This document shows positions 41,647 through 51,987 of a stretch of 64,000 nt of DNA, one piece after another. The notes beneath the pieces were generated by a model. It was not told the DNA's origin. It saw nothing but the letters and a program-made list of their open reading frames with translations, and ran no database searches. The translations under genes were made by a program, and so were the position numbers. The stretch is from contig CAVOQJ010000010.1 in assembly GCA_963698325.1 (NCBI GenBank), positions 318,245 to 382,244 on the forward strand. Direction: 5' to 3'. This DNA is from Blastocatellia bacterium. Lineage in GTDB: Bacteria > Acidobacteriota > Blastocatellia > Pyrinomonadales > Pyrinomonadaceae. Each line of letters starts with the position of its first letter. Positions within the stretch are counted from its first letter, which is position 1.

Positions 41647-41889
41647 TCAAAGGCCCATTTCAGGCCTGACGAGTTGTTCGAACTTGTTGCCGAGCTTCCG
41701 AACGTTAGTTTCTGCGTGGTCCCTCACCCGACGTTGATTCGGCTTGTCGAGGCGGCGAGCAAAAGATAAATGGCCTTCCCATGCCAACGCGACGATGTAA
41801 GTACCTACGAAAGCAAAAATCAGCAGCAGTCCTTTAGCGCGACGGTCGTAGTAAATAGTGGGCATGATGAAAGGCCACGCGATGGACAA
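41647..41889 (-). CDS. Small hypothetical membrane protein (weak call)
   Basis: 80-aa ORF with one hydrophobic helix, GLLLIFAFVGTYIVALAW. No other support. Confidence 0.3.
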   Translation of the reverse strand: MSIAWPFIMPTIYYDRRAKGLLLIFAFVGTYIVALAWEGHLSFARRLDKPNQRRVRDHAETNVRKLGNKFEQLVRPEMGL

Positions 41890-42356
41890 AAACCCAGTGC
41901 GTTCAGTTTGAAGCGAGCTTCAGGACCATGGTGTTAACCACGGGAAAGCAGGCGGCGGATTTACCCGCGACTGCGAGGTAAATTCCGTCGCGAACGTGTG
42001 TATAAACATGTTGTTGCAGGGGATAGCATCCTTGACGCAAGGTGCTCTTTGCGAGCGAGTTTAGTCGCGACAAAGCGGCGCCCTTTTCCCTTAACGTCCG
42101 ACTTAGACTTCCAGCTGGAGGTGGCCCACCGTTCATGTCCGCCACGGCCACAAACTTTCAGATAGCGCCGCGGTGTTGTTCAGCCGACTATCGTAAAGCC
42201 CGCACGTTTGGACTAGTGCAATCGAGGCCACATTCCCGGTTGAGATGTTTGCTTCGAGGCGGTGCAGCTTCAAATGTTCAAAGGCTCGTGAGAGCTTCGG
42301 AGAGCGCAGGAATAACGTCTTCGCGGCAATGGAGAACTCTTCATCTTAAACGGTGT

Positions 42357-42893
42357 TCAGTCCGAAGTCCGCCGGCAAAACGGTGTCTTCACTCTAGTCG
42401 ACGCAACACCGGCTCTTTCCAACTCGTTAGAGTCTAATCGCTCCTCAGGCGATGCGAAGCTCGGTTTGCGCACAACGACACCCGATCCTTCCTGTGAAGA
42501 TGTCACGGAATCTGAGGTTTCCTTAATCTCCTCTACGCTGGGCCATTCAAAAGGGTCTGACGATTCATTGCTCTTACGCAAACGCATCGGTCTTAGCACC
42601 TCGCAAAGGAAATTGATCGTAAATAATTCCCGGGAGATTTTGCTCATCCGCTTATCAACCGCTTTTCTGTTCGAGCCCGGATAGAAGAGGGCGGTCAGCC
42701 CAGCCGCAATCAAACCGATAATTGCTCCCTGAATGGGAGTTCTGTAAAGGAACACAAAGAAAAGCAGCCAGGCCAGAAATGCGGTAGCGAGCAAGCCATT
42801 CCATTGAAAAGAGCGCACGGCCTTTAACCGGGCTGAGAAGCGTTTGGATGCATCAATCAGATCGTCCTGTGTAAACTCAAATTGGACGTGCAT
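42357..42893 (-). CDS. Hypothetical membrane protein (YcxB-like N-terminal half)
   Basis: FTQDDLIDASKRF followed by two TM helices (GLLATAFLAWLLFFVFLY, GAIIGLIAAGLTALFY). The C-terminal half is low-information and may be decayed. Confidence 0.4.
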   Translation of the reverse strand: MHVQFEFTQDDLIDASKRFSARLKAVRSFQWNGLLATAFLAWLLFFVFLYRTPIQGAIIGLIAAGLTALFYPGSNRKAVDKRMSKISRELFTINFLCEVLRPMRLRKSNESSDPFEWPSVEEIKETSDSVTSSQEGSGVVVRKPSFASPEERLDSNELERAGVASTRVKTPFCRRTSD

Positions 42894-42988
42894 ATGAAAA
42901 AGTGCTCATCAAAACGGTGTGCGCGAATTATACGCTGTGGAATACATCGGAACCGCAACGAATTCGAATTAGCGCCACACTGAAACCC

Positions 42989-43768
42989 TCACATCTGGCT
43001 CAGCACATCGATGATGTGTCGAACGTCGTTGCTCTCGCGCAGTCGAATGCCGCGGAGACCGAAATTAATGAGCCAGCCTTTGGGACTACCTACCAGCGAG
43101 CCCAGCATTGCCACGCCATCGTCAAGGATACTCAGTTTGGTTCCGAGCTTTTCCGGCGGTGTGGAGTTTACCATCGTGGCTACCAGCCATGCGCTGGCCC
43201 GCGCTTTATTGAGACTGAAGTTAATAATTCGATCTTCGGCTGTGGGGGCAAGCTGATCGAGAAACTTGATCCAGGGAGACAACTCCTCAACGTCCGTCCG
43301 CACCTTCAGGATCATGCCGCCCAGAATATTGTTAATACGATCGAAATCATCGCGCAGCGCAGCCAATCCTGGGCCAGACGCGATGCCGGCAGCGGCAATG
43401 CCAAGGTCAAAATTGATATGAGCGTTTGTACCCACCAGCAACTGTTGGATTATCAATGGCCAGTAATTTGCGGCGGTTTGGAAGGCTACATGCCAGCAAT
43501 TACTGAGCGGTTCATTTAGCCGAAAAGCTTCCAGGGCGGCCAGATAACGATTGGCGAAAGCAACATCAAGCCGCTCCATCCTGGGCCCGTCGTCGAAAAG
43601 TCCCGCCGAAACACCTTCCTTAATCTTAATCGTCACATTGCGATAGAGAGTGGCAAAGAAGCCGAGGCGGCTGCTTTCTTTGCGGCAAGTGAAGATAATT
43701 TGATCGAGTTGCTGAAGGACTTCGTCGATTGTCTTTGGTGGTGGCTGTGATGGCAAAGGGCACCTCAA
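42989..43768 (-). CDS. Conserved hypothetical protein (DUF5995-like by recollection)
   Basis: FFATLYRNVTIKIKEGVSAGLFDDGPRMERLDVAFANRYLAALEAF, NAHINFDLGIAAA. Confidence 0.55.
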   Translation of the reverse strand: MRCPLPSQPPPKTIDEVLQQLDQIIFTCRKESSRLGFFATLYRNVTIKIKEGVSAGLFDDGPRMERLDVAFANRYLAALEAFRLNEPLSNCWHVAFQTAANYWPLIIQQLLVGTNAHINFDLGIAAAGIASGPGLAALRDDFDRINNILGGMILKVRTDVEELSPWIKFLDQLAPTAEDRIINFSLNKARASAWLVATMVNSTPPEKLGTKLSILDDGVAMLGSLVGSPKGWLINFGLRGIRLRESNDVRHIIDVLSQM

Positions 43769-43779
43769 CCTATCTCAGT

Positions 43780-45303
43780 TCACAGCGGCAGCTGAATTCT
43801 AAACACGGCGCCTCCGCCTTTTGCATTCGACGCTGTTAAGGTGCCGCCGTGTTGAGTAATAACGCGATGGGCAAGTGCAAGGCCTACTCCGTGACCGGTC
43901 GCTTTGGTCGTGAAGAAAGGAATGAAGATGCGCTGCAGGTCGCCGGCGGGAATTCCTTCGCCACTATCTTTGATTTCAACTACCGCCCACGTCCTTCCCG
44001 CGTTATCACGTTCGTTCGAACTGAGAACTTCAACACGGCGCACAGTTTGTTTGTCCGAAATCGCTTCGGCGGCGTTGCGAATAATATTAAGGAGCGCCTG
44101 ACGCAGCATACGTTCGTCAGCGCGGATTTCAAGTCTCTGGGCGTCCGCTGAGTTCTCTGACTCTCTGCCGTCGGCCATCTCGTTCACGACCTCACCGTCG
44201 AAACGCGGAGTTCGCCGAGACTTCGCAGAGAAGGCATCCTGCTGTTCGATGATCAAATCGATATTTCGTTCTTCGAAGAGCGAAGCCAGTTCACTAGCAC
44301 AATCTGTGATTAGTTCGGTGAGATTCACCTCGTCAACCTGGAGAGGTTGCGGACGCGCGAAGTTTAGAAACGAGGTGACCATGTCGGAGAGATTACGCAC
44401 CTCGTTCAGCAGGGATGAAGCAGTTCCACGTGCCTTGTCATCAAGCTCCAGACTCTGCAGGAGCTGCACATAGCCATGAAGCGTGGCAATCGCATTTTTG
44501 AATTCGTGCGCCAACCCTGCCGACATCTCACCCAGGCTTTCCAGATTCTTTTTCAGCGCCACCTGCTCGCGCAATTGCGTGACCTCGGTGATGTCGGTCA
44601 AGAGACAAAGGGCGCCTCGTGGCCCACGATCTGACGCCAGTTCGATAGGCGCAACGGTGACGCCTAAGCGGCGTGGTGTCTGTTCCGCAGTGATGGTTTC
44701 AATCTCTTCCCGGCGATAGAGTTTGCCGGTTTGCAGACACTGCTCAACCATTTCTGCCAGCTGCGGAATCTTCTGCAGAATCGCTGCTACGGGCTGTCCC
44801 AGCGCGTCGCCGTCGAGTTCGAGCAGCGCGCGGCCGGGGGCGTTGATGACCATCGAATGGCCGGCGCCGTCAAAGGCGATAAGCGCCGAGGGCACGCTCG
44901 CCACAATTCGTTCACTAAACCTTTCGGCGGAGTCGGCACGCTTGCTTGCCTGAGTACTTAACTGCTCAAGGGCTTTTCGTTGCTCCTGAAGTTGTGCGAC
45001 GACTGACTGGAAAGTTTCCAGAACAAACTCCGCCTCATCTTTCGACTTATGCGGTTGAGCCCTGGCCGAGGCCTTCTCCGCCTCGCCAACAAGCTGCCGG
45101 TAAGGACGTAACACCCAGCGCAGAAAAAAAAGAATGCAGACGAGGGCGCCAAGCAGAATGGCGACGAAAGCTGTAAGCAAAAGCGGACCGCGAATGGCAG
45201 GAGTCGCGGGCGTGAGCGAATAAAGCAACACCGCAAACAGGGTAGCGAAGAGGAAGAATCCTGTCAGCAGAGTCAACCCGAATTGGTAGCGGTTTCGCGC
45301 CAT
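43780..45303 (-). CDS. Membrane sensor histidine kinase (PAS-like + HisKA + HATPase_c)
   Basis: Two N-terminal TM helices, H-box GEMSAGLAHEFKNAIATL, N-box LLNIIRNAAEAI, G-boxes DSGEGIP and GHGVGLALAHRVITQHGG. Confidence 0.9.
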   Translation of the reverse strand: MARNRYQFGLTLLTGFFLFATLFAVLLYSLTPATPAIRGPLLLTAFVAILLGALVCILFFLRWVLRPYRQLVGEAEKASARAQPHKSKDEAEFVLETFQSVVAQLQEQRKALEQLSTQASKRADSAERFSERIVASVPSALIAFDGAGHSMVINAPGRALLELDGDALGQPVAAILQKIPQLAEMVEQCLQTGKLYRREEIETITAEQTPRRLGVTVAPIELASDRGPRGALCLLTDITEVTQLREQVALKKNLESLGEMSAGLAHEFKNAIATLHGYVQLLQSLELDDKARGTASSLLNEVRNLSDMVTSFLNFARPQPLQVDEVNLTELITDCASELASLFEERNIDLIIEQQDAFSAKSRRTPRFDGEVVNEMADGRESENSADAQRLEIRADERMLRQALLNIIRNAAEAISDKQTVRRVEVLSSNERDNAGRTWAVVEIKDSGEGIPAGDLQRIFIPFFTTKATGHGVGLALAHRVITQHGGTLTASNAKGGGAVFRIQLPL

Positions 45304-45328
45304 TGCAATTGTGAATCAGTTGAAGGAG

Positions 45329-45457
45329 CTGGTCTTTGGACTTTGGTCCTGGGTCTTTGATTCTTCAATCGCCGATCAGTGTCCTGGCCCAGGAAGCTAC
45401 AAGCAAGCACCTAAAGAAGGAAGACCTAAGACCAAAGTCCAAAGACCAAAGACCAAG
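45329..45457. repeat. Hairpin element, family H (ACCAAAG/CTTTGGT words)
   Basis: CTGGTCTTTGGACTTTGGTCCTGGGTCTTTGATTCTTC pairs with GAAGGAAGACCTAAGACCAAAGTCCAAAGACCAAAGACCAAG. Confidence 0.85.
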
Positions 45458-45460
45458 AGA

Positions 45461-46354
45461 TCATCTAAACTGCCCCGCGTACCACTCCACGATCGGCGAC
45501 CCTACAAGCAGCGCGGCGATAGCGCCGATGCCCAGGAACACGCCAAAAGGTAAAAGCATCTGCATATCTTTTTTACCCTGCCGCAGCATTAAGACAATGC
45601 CAATCACTGAGCCGGACAACACGCCAAGAAAGATATTCAAAATGGTGAGCCGCCAGCCCAAATAGGCGCCGACCATAAACATCATTTTCACGTCACCCAG
45701 GCCCATCGCTTCGACGCCGCGTAGTTTCTCCCAGGTCCAACCCATCAACCATAAAGAGCCACCACCAACCAAAGCCCCGAGCAGCGCCCCTGCGAGCGAC
45801 GCAGCCCAGAGTGGCATTCCGGCAAGCATGCCATTCAAGAGCATGTCGAGATCGTCGAAGTAGGGGGCCCCCATGAGGTAAGGAAGCGCGAGGCGCGCTG
45901 TCAGTGCAAAGACGATCCCCGGATACGTGATTGCGTTGGGGAGAAGCATGTGCTCTGCATCTATGAAAACTAAAGCGGTGATGGCGGTGACAAAAACGAG
46001 GTCGAACGGTAAGGCGAATGTCAGTCCGTCGCGCCAGGCGACCATTACCCAAAGCGCCGCCGTCAAAGCTTCAACGGCCGGGTAACGCGCCGAGATATGC
46101 GTCTTGCATGATCGACAACGTGCTCCGAGCAGAACATAGCTCAACACGGGAATGTTGTCGTAAAAAGCGATCGCGGCCCCGCATTCTGGGCAGCGTGAAG
46201 TGGGAAGAACAATCGACTCTTCGCGCGGCAGCCGATGAATGACGACATTCAGGAAGCTACCAATGATGGCGCCGAGCACTCCGGCGACGACATACACGAA
46301 CGGTAAAGGGAGCAGACTAAAATCGCGAAAGTTCGCTGTCAGGGAAAGATGCAT
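45461..46354 (-). CDS. pilD: Prepilin peptidase / N-methyltransferase (A24 family)
   Basis: GSFLNVVIHRLPREESIV...RCPECGAAIAFYDNIPVLSYVLLGARCRSCKTHISARYPAVE, GLGDVKMMFMVGAYLGW. Confidence 0.9.
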   Translation of the reverse strand: MHLSLTANFRDFSLLPLPFVYVVAGVLGAIIGSFLNVVIHRLPREESIVLPTSRCPECGAAIAFYDNIPVLSYVLLGARCRSCKTHISARYPAVEALTAALWVMVAWRDGLTFALPFDLVFVTAITALVFIDAEHMLLPNAITYPGIVFALTARLALPYLMGAPYFDDLDMLLNGMLAGMPLWAASLAGALLGALVGGGSLWLMGWTWEKLRGVEAMGLGDVKMMFMVGAYLGWRLTILNIFLGVLSGSVIGIVLMLRQGKKDMQMLLPFGVFLGIGAIAALLVGSPIVEWYAGQFR

Positions 46355-46871
46355 GGAGAGGCATTGTAGCATTACAGTCTGGAGTCGGGAGTCCACAGTC
46401 TGGAGACGGTAGTGTCCTAGAAACGTTTCAAGGCGAAACGGTCTGGGAAGGCGATGTCGAAGTTTTTGATATTCGTGGGCATCCTAAAGCCAAACGTGCC
46501 TACGCATGGGGACACGCCACCGGAGAAGAAGATCAAGGCAGACGCTATTTCACTGTTTTGGAATTGCCGCCAGTGAATTCACCGCAGACCGCAGTCAAAG
46601 CGGCGATAATGTCGGAGATCGACGCGTGGGTTTCTTCATAAATTTGCAAGTGACAGGATTCTCTCATTGGGTTGAGGTTCGCGCTGCATTCGTCGAGTCA
46701 GAAGTAATGCCAGTCTTGGGACAATCAGGTTTTTTTGAAAACTACCAAATAGTCTTTGAACGATTTAAGCGTCAGTTCGAGATCAACACAAAAGTTGACA
46801 CTATTATTCGCAATAAACGCGGACATGGTCGGGGACGCTAAGAGATGAATCTAGAATTAAAGGACGGGACT

Positions 46872-47078
46872 CTAAACAACATTGCTTGGGGATAGCCCTT
46901 TTTCTGCCGCTTCTTTGGCCGCTTCAACAGCAGTGCTCCCAGTGCCCACGATAAACTCCACCCCATCTTTGTCGATGATGGCAACCCACAAATTTTCATA
47001 TTCGCGTATAAGTTCGGCGAAAGCATCTTCTTTGTGTATGGTTGGCATGGCCAGTGTCCCCTTACCAGAAATCTTCAT
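46872..47078 (-). CDS. Small DUF5678-like protein
   Basis: AFAELIREYENLWVAIIDKDGVEFIVGTGSTAVEAAKEAAEKG fits the DUF5678-like pattern from memory. Confidence 0.45.
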   Translation of the reverse strand: MKISGKGTLAMPTIHKEDAFAELIREYENLWVAIIDKDGVEFIVGTGSTAVEAAKEAAEKGLSPSNVV

Positions 47079-47494
47079 AATTTGCGTTTCAAACGCAAGC
47101 AAAAGGGCGTTGCTTGCCCTCCTCAGCCCAGCAACGCCCTTTTAGGAGGAGCCTTGCAAGCCTCTTAGAAGTAGCCCCTCAATTAAGTCGGTTATATCCA
47201 GCCAGACTGGTGATCACAATGCGGAGGCGTGAGAGCGTAGTTTCAGGTTTATGCCAGAATGCTTTTATGGCCGGGTTAGAACAATTCGAAAATCGGAGGC
47301 CACGCTGAGGTTACGAATCGCTCAAAAACTATGTCCCAACCCGCAAGTCCTGAAAGGCAGAATATTAGAGCCAATACTAAGGCGGTCATCCGAATTGTGC
47401 GCGGACGCATCATGGCTAAGTGTATAATTCGCGTGCCACAACTTCAATTCCTGAATTTTAGATTAGGACACCACCCTGGAGTCCAGACTCCCGA

Positions 47495-48253
47495 CTATTT
47501 GTTCTGTTTTTCCCAGAGCATAAGATTTTTGAGAAATGCGTGATGAGCAGCAAAGCCGGCAATACTTATTCCCGCCAGCCCGTCGCGAAACCCGCCTTTT
47601 AAAAAGTAGCTGCGAATAAAAGCTGCGGGAGCCGCGGTGGCAATCTTAAAGTGGGAAGTGCGCCGGCCTTCCGCAAACATTTGCTGGGCGGCAAGGGGCG
47701 CATAACGCTCGCCAATCATCCGGTGATGATGAGCCGAATCGCGAACGCTGTAGTGCAGGATATCTCCGGAAAGTTTTTCAACGCGTGCATCTGAATTCAT
47801 TTTCACAGATTCGTGTATTTGACGCGGACTCCAACGCCCGCGCGATTTTCGATACAGCCGCAACTGCCAATCGGGATACCAGCCGCCACCCTTAATCCAC
47901 CGCCCCTGGTAATATGATCGTCGCGGGAGGCGATAGCCGTCCGCAAGTTTAGTCTCATCACCTTTGCACAGTCTGGCGATTGAGGCTTTCAATTCTTCCG
48001 AGACGCGTTCGTCGGCGTCAAGGCTGAACACCCAATCGTGCACCGTCTGCTCCGCGGCAAACTGCTTCTGCGCAGCGAAGCCTGGCCAATCCTTCTTAAT
48101 CACACGTGCTCCGCAGGCTGCGGCGATGTCACGAGTTTTGTCGGTGGAACCGGAGTCAATAACGAGAACCTCATCGGCCCATGCCAGCGACTCGCATGCT
48201 GCGCGAATATTCGCCTCTTCGTTGAAAGTGATGATGGTTGCGGAGATCTTCAT
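47495..48253 (-). CDS. Family-2 glycosyltransferase (LPS-core-type)
   Basis: ISATIITFNEEANI, VLVIDSGSTDKT, FSLDADERVSEEL. Confidence 0.85.
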   Translation of the reverse strand: MKISATIITFNEEANIRAACESLAWADEVLVIDSGSTDKTRDIAAACGARVIKKDWPGFAAQKQFAAEQTVHDWVFSLDADERVSEELKASIARLCKGDETKLADGYRLPRRSYYQGRWIKGGGWYPDWQLRLYRKSRGRWSPRQIHESVKMNSDARVEKLSGDILHYSVRDSAHHHRMIGERYAPLAAQQMFAEGRRTSHFKIATAAPAAFIRSYFLKGGFRDGLAGISIAGFAAHHAFLKNLMLWEKQNK

Positions 48254-48377
48254 TGGCAGTAAACGCAAACTACCAGCTTGCGGGCGCAATCTAACAGATT
48301 GGATTACAAAATCGTAGGGGCACGGCATGCCGTGCCCCTACATCTCAGCCTCGAATGACTGAATAGTTCTTAAATTC

Positions 48378-48486
48378 GATTTCTCTGTGTTACCTCTGTG
48401 CTCTCCGTGTCTCAGTGGTGAGTGGTTGTCGGTATTTATTCACCGCAGAGCAGGCACAGAGGACACAAAGGTTGCACAGAGAAGAC
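48378..48486. repeat. Hairpin element, family B, third copy
   Basis: GATTTCTCTGTGTTACCTCTGTGCTCTCCGTGTCTCAGTGGTGAGTGG pairs with TTCACCGCAGAGCAGGCACAGAGGACACAAAGGTTGCACAGAGAAGACC. Confidence 0.85.
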
Positions 48487-48551
48487 CGCAAACTAAGAAA
48501 ACCAATTACTGATGACGAAGGCTGCGGGCGAGTTGCCCGCGCTCCAGCTGC

Positions 48552-50552
48552 TTACGGCGTCGGTGTATCGACGATCACGTTGTTCGCCCGCAGCGTTGTC
48601 GAGGTGGCGCGTTGAAGATTGGCGAGCGCCTTGTTGTAATCAGTCTCAGCACGCAACTCGGCGCCGCGTGCGTTGGTCAGCGCGTTTTCCCGTTGGAAGA
48701 GCAGGAACGTAGTTGAACGGCCGACCTGGTAGAGTCGTTGTTCACCTTCCAGTTGCGTCTCAGCGTTTGCCCGCGCTTCTCGTGCCGCTAAAACGCGGAG
48801 GCGCGAAGTCTCAACTGCCTGCGCAGCGTTGCGCACATCAACCTCGATGACTTGATCCTGTGAGCGCAGCGACGCCTGGAGTTGCTCGCCCTGAATGCGG
48901 GCGCCGGCAAGGTTGGCCTCTGCGGTTCGATTCCGCAAAGGAATCTGGATCGCTACGCCGACGACCACGTTATAAGTGTTCAAGTTGAACAGGTTCTTTA
49001 GGGTCTGCCCGTATCCGCCGACCAGGGCCGAAGGCGCAAGATTAGGAGAAGCAACAAAGGGAGAAGTAGCGACCGGAAAGCCCGAGCGGCGTTGAATGTC
49101 CTGGATTTGGTCCAGGAGGAAGGCATTGGCATCCGTGGCTGGATCGCCCGAGATTAAGGGCAGCAGAGTGTCAGGGGAGAGAGTTGCGGCCGGAGTTCCC
49201 GCCAGGCCGGTCGTGGCCACGGTTGATTGGATATCGACCTGTGGTTTTGTTTGGTTCTTGAAATACTTAACATCGATCTGGTTGATGTCATTTTGCAGGC
49301 GCAGACGGCGCAGCTCCGGTCTATTCTCCCGCGCTTCCTTCAAGGCGTCGTTGAGGTTTAAGGGCGTCGCATCAAACTTCGGCGTGTCGGTAGGAGTAAC
49401 CTGGGCCGACCACTCAGGGACTGATGGATCCTTGAAGACCAACTGCTTCAGGTTATTCTCGGCGATAGAAACGTTTTGTACTGCCACCAGCAGCGCTGAT
49501 TCACGGTTAGCCAGCTCAGTTTGCACTTCCGCGCGTTCGAGTGGCGCCTTCGTTCCCACCGCAATCTGCGCCTCGACGCGGCGCAGGTTCTCGCGCGAGA
49601 GATTTAGATTCGCGAGTTGGTTCTGCTGGTCGCGCAACGCGAAAACCAATTCCCAGTAGGCTTGCTGCACCTGCGAAATAACGGAGATCGTGCGCAGACG
49701 AAAATCGGCGTCAGACTGTTCCAGGCGCTTCTTTTGAATCCGAATCTGCCTGCGGTTGTTGTCGATTGAACGGTCGCGCAAGAGCGGCTGTGTGAAAGTC
49801 AAAGAAAGGTTGGACGAATAGAATGGATTCAGGGTGCTGTTGGCAGCACTCGTTTTGGTTCTGGAGTTGCTAAAGCTCAGCTGATAGTCCCCACCGCCGG
49901 CTGAGAACGACTTGTTGAGCGTTGGATCAAGTGAAAGGGTCGTGGTGGAAACCTGTCCCGCCGCGCCACCGCCGGCAAAAATATTTTGCACGGGCGTAAT
50001 CCGCTTATCGATCTGCGGCGTAAAGCTCAAAAACGGATCGTAGATTCCCTGCAGCGAGCGCAGTTGCGTTTCCGCGAAGCGCACGTCATCGCGTGCGATC
50101 TCGATGTCGTTGTTATTCTCGAGCGCTCGCTTGATCGCGTCATTCAGCGAAAGCGTCAGGGTGTTGTCGCTAGTCACGCCCAGCCGGGTCATATTGGGCA
50201 TGGGCGGCAAAGGCTTCTGTTCGACTGTGGGGAAAACAGGTTCGCGCGGCTCTTGCAGCGGCGATGGCTCCGTATTAACGGGCGTTGGCGGATTTTGTGT
50301 CGGCGGAACCACAGTGGGATTTCCCGGAGGCGCCTGCGCCGGCGGCTGTTGGGTCCCGGGCGGGGCCTGAGGGGGCGCCGTTTGCTGCGTTCCTGGAGGG
50401 ACACTTGGGTTCTGCGTCTCGGTTCCCGGCGGTCTTGTAGCGTCCTGCTGAGCCGGATTGGGCGTTGGACTCGCTGCTGGTGTTTGGGCGAGAACCGCAT
50501 GGCTGGCATACAAACAGGAGCGCACAGAACAACATCGTCTCAAGCAGCGCAC
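48552..50552 (-). CDS. TolC-family outer-membrane efflux protein with a Pro/Gln-rich N-terminal extension
   Basis: OEP-type repeats (LSLNDAIKRALENNNDIEIARDDVRFAETQL; LNLNDALKEARENRPELRRLRLQ). Ends NYNKALANLQRATS. Start codon is uncertain. Confidence 0.85.
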   Translation of the reverse strand: MRCLRRCCSVRSCLYASHAVLAQTPAASPTPNPAQQDATRPPGTETQNPSVPPGTQQTAPPQAPPGTQQPPAQAPPGNPTVVPPTQNPPTPVNTEPSPLQEPREPVFPTVEQKPLPPMPNMTRLGVTSDNTLTLSLNDAIKRALENNNDIEIARDDVRFAETQLRSLQGIYDPFLSFTPQIDKRITPVQNIFAGGGAAGQVSTTTLSLDPTLNKSFSAGGGDYQLSFSNSRTKTSAANSTLNPFYSSNLSLTFTQPLLRDRSIDNNRRQIRIQKKRLEQSDADFRLRTISVISQVQQAYWELVFALRDQQNQLANLNLSRENLRRVEAQIAVGTKAPLERAEVQTELANRESALLVAVQNVSIAENNLKQLVFKDPSVPEWSAQVTPTDTPKFDATPLNLNDALKEARENRPELRRLRLQNDINQIDVKYFKNQTKPQVDIQSTVATTGLAGTPAATLSPDTLLPLISGDPATDANAFLLDQIQDIQRRSGFPVATSPFVASPNLAPSALVGGYGQTLKNLFNLNTYNVVVGVAIQIPLRNRTAEANLAGARIQGEQLQASLRSQDQVIEVDVRNAAQAVETSRLRVLAAREARANAETQLEGEQRLYQVGRSTTFLLFQRENALTNARGAELRAETDYNKALANLQRATSTTLRANNVIVDTPTP

Positions 50553-50867
50553 GAAGCTGGAAATTGGACATCACACCAAAACTCCTTCAATTGTCTTTTA
50601 TATATTCCGCTAAACGTAATTAAGAGTTAGCAAACAAGTCTCATCCGATCAAGTCTTTACTACGCTATATGAATCAAACCAGTTTCAAAAAGATGCACAA
50701 GATGCCAGCTTGACACTCCAGAGCCACGCCGCATAATCTTGGGCTTCTTTAATTCCCAGCAAGTTTCGAATCCTTACTTGGGCGATGAGTTGAGCAAAGT
50801 GTGTGCCTTGCCGGCTCAAGTGGAGAAAGACGCGTGCTGAAATGATCGGCAGGAGGGCATTTTCACA

Positions 50868-51875
50868 ATGGCGGTTAAGGTTGGCATAAACGGCTTTGGG
50901 CGCATCGGACGCAATATCTTTCGGACTTCCATCGGTGATCCGGACATTGATTTCGTCGCCGTAAACGATCTCACGGATACGAAAACCCTCGCACATTTGC
51001 TGAAGTATGACTCGGTGCTGGGCAATCTCGATCATGAGATTACCTCAACCGAAAATGGGATTACGGTTGACGGCGATGAGTTTCGCGTTTTCTCGCAGCG
51101 CGACCCCGCGGCGATCGATTGGGAGTCGGTCGGGGCGGAGATCGTCGTTGAGTCAACCGGCATATTTACGAAAGCCGAGGACGCCAAAAAACACCTCCGG
51201 GGCAGTGTTAAGAAGGTGATCATTTCCGCTCCGGCCAAAAACGAAGACATCACTATCGTCCTTGGGGTTAATGAAGATCAATATCTGCCGGCAGACCATC
51301 ACGTAATCTCAAACGCGTCGTGTACGACAAACTGCCTGGCGCCGGTGGCGAAAGTTATTCATGAGAATTTCGGCATTCGCTCCGCGCAAATGACAACGAT
51401 TCACTCGTATACCAACGACCAGCAATTACTTGATTTGCCTCACAAAGATTTGCGGCGCGCGCGGGCGGCCGCCCTTTCGATGATTCCCACTTCTACGGGA
51501 GCGGCAAAAGCTGTGGCGCTGGTGCTGCCTGAACTGAAGGGTAAGTTTGATGGCATCTCCGTGCGCGTTCCGACGCCTAACGTTTCGCTGGTAGACGTGG
51601 TGATGGATGTTGAGAAGGAAACGACCAGCGAAGACGTGAACCGTGCTCTCAAGAATGCGGCTAACGAAGAGCTGCGCGGCATCCTGGCGTTTTCCGAAGA
51701 ACCGCTCGTCTCGTGCGATTTCAAAAGGAATTCAAACTCTTCGATTGTCGACGCGGAATACACCAAGGTAATCAACGGGCGAATGATCAAGGTGCTTTCG
51801 TGGTACGACAACGAATGGGGCTACTCCTGCCGCGTGCGCGATCTGATCAAGTTCATTGCGGGGAAGGGACTGTAA
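50868..51875 (+). CDS. gap: Glyceraldehyde-3-phosphate dehydrogenase (type I)
   Basis: KVGINGFGRIGRN, SNASCTTNCLAP, WYDNEWGYS. Confidence 0.95.
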   Translation: MAVKVGINGFGRIGRNIFRTSIGDPDIDFVAVNDLTDTKTLAHLLKYDSVLGNLDHEITSTENGITVDGDEFRVFSQRDPAAIDWESVGAEIVVESTGIFTKAEDAKKHLRGSVKKVIISAPAKNEDITIVLGVNEDQYLPADHHVISNASCTTNCLAPVAKVIHENFGIRSAQMTTIHSYTNDQQLLDLPHKDLRRARAAALSMIPTSTGAAKAVALVLPELKGKFDGISVRVPTPNVSLVDVVMDVEKETTSEDVNRALKNAANEELRGILAFSEEPLVSCDFKRNSNSSIVDAEYTKVINGRMIKVLSWYDNEWGYSCRVRDLIKFIAGKGL

Positions 51876-51878
51876 GCA

Positions 51879-51987
51879 GTAAATCGTGAATCGTAAATCG
51901 TAAATAGAGATACTGTCTCCTCCACAACGACTTTAGTAAGTTACGATTCAAGCTTATTCAGTTCCGAATCAATTTACGATTTACGTC
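51879..51987. repeat. Hairpin element, family I (AAATCGT words)
   Basis: GTAAATCGTGAATCGTAAATCGTAAATAG pairs with GTTACGATTCAAG...CGAATCAATTTACGATTTACG. Confidence 0.75.

Noticed and set aside
41285-41650. Considered as RNase P RNA, tmRNA, SRP or 6S RNA, or a riboswitch, because of its dense secondary structure.
   Set aside because: I could not find any of the conserved cores I know: GAGGAAAGUCC for RNase P, a tRNA-like end plus tag ORF for tmRNA, or a B12 box. Reported only as a structured repeat.
42110-42345. Minus-strand fragments resembling a RimJ/RimL-type GNAT acetyltransferase C-terminus (…AFEHLKLHRLEANISTGNVASIALVQ…).
   Set aside because: It is readable only across several frames and is too short to support as a feature. 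It may be a decayed pseudogene.
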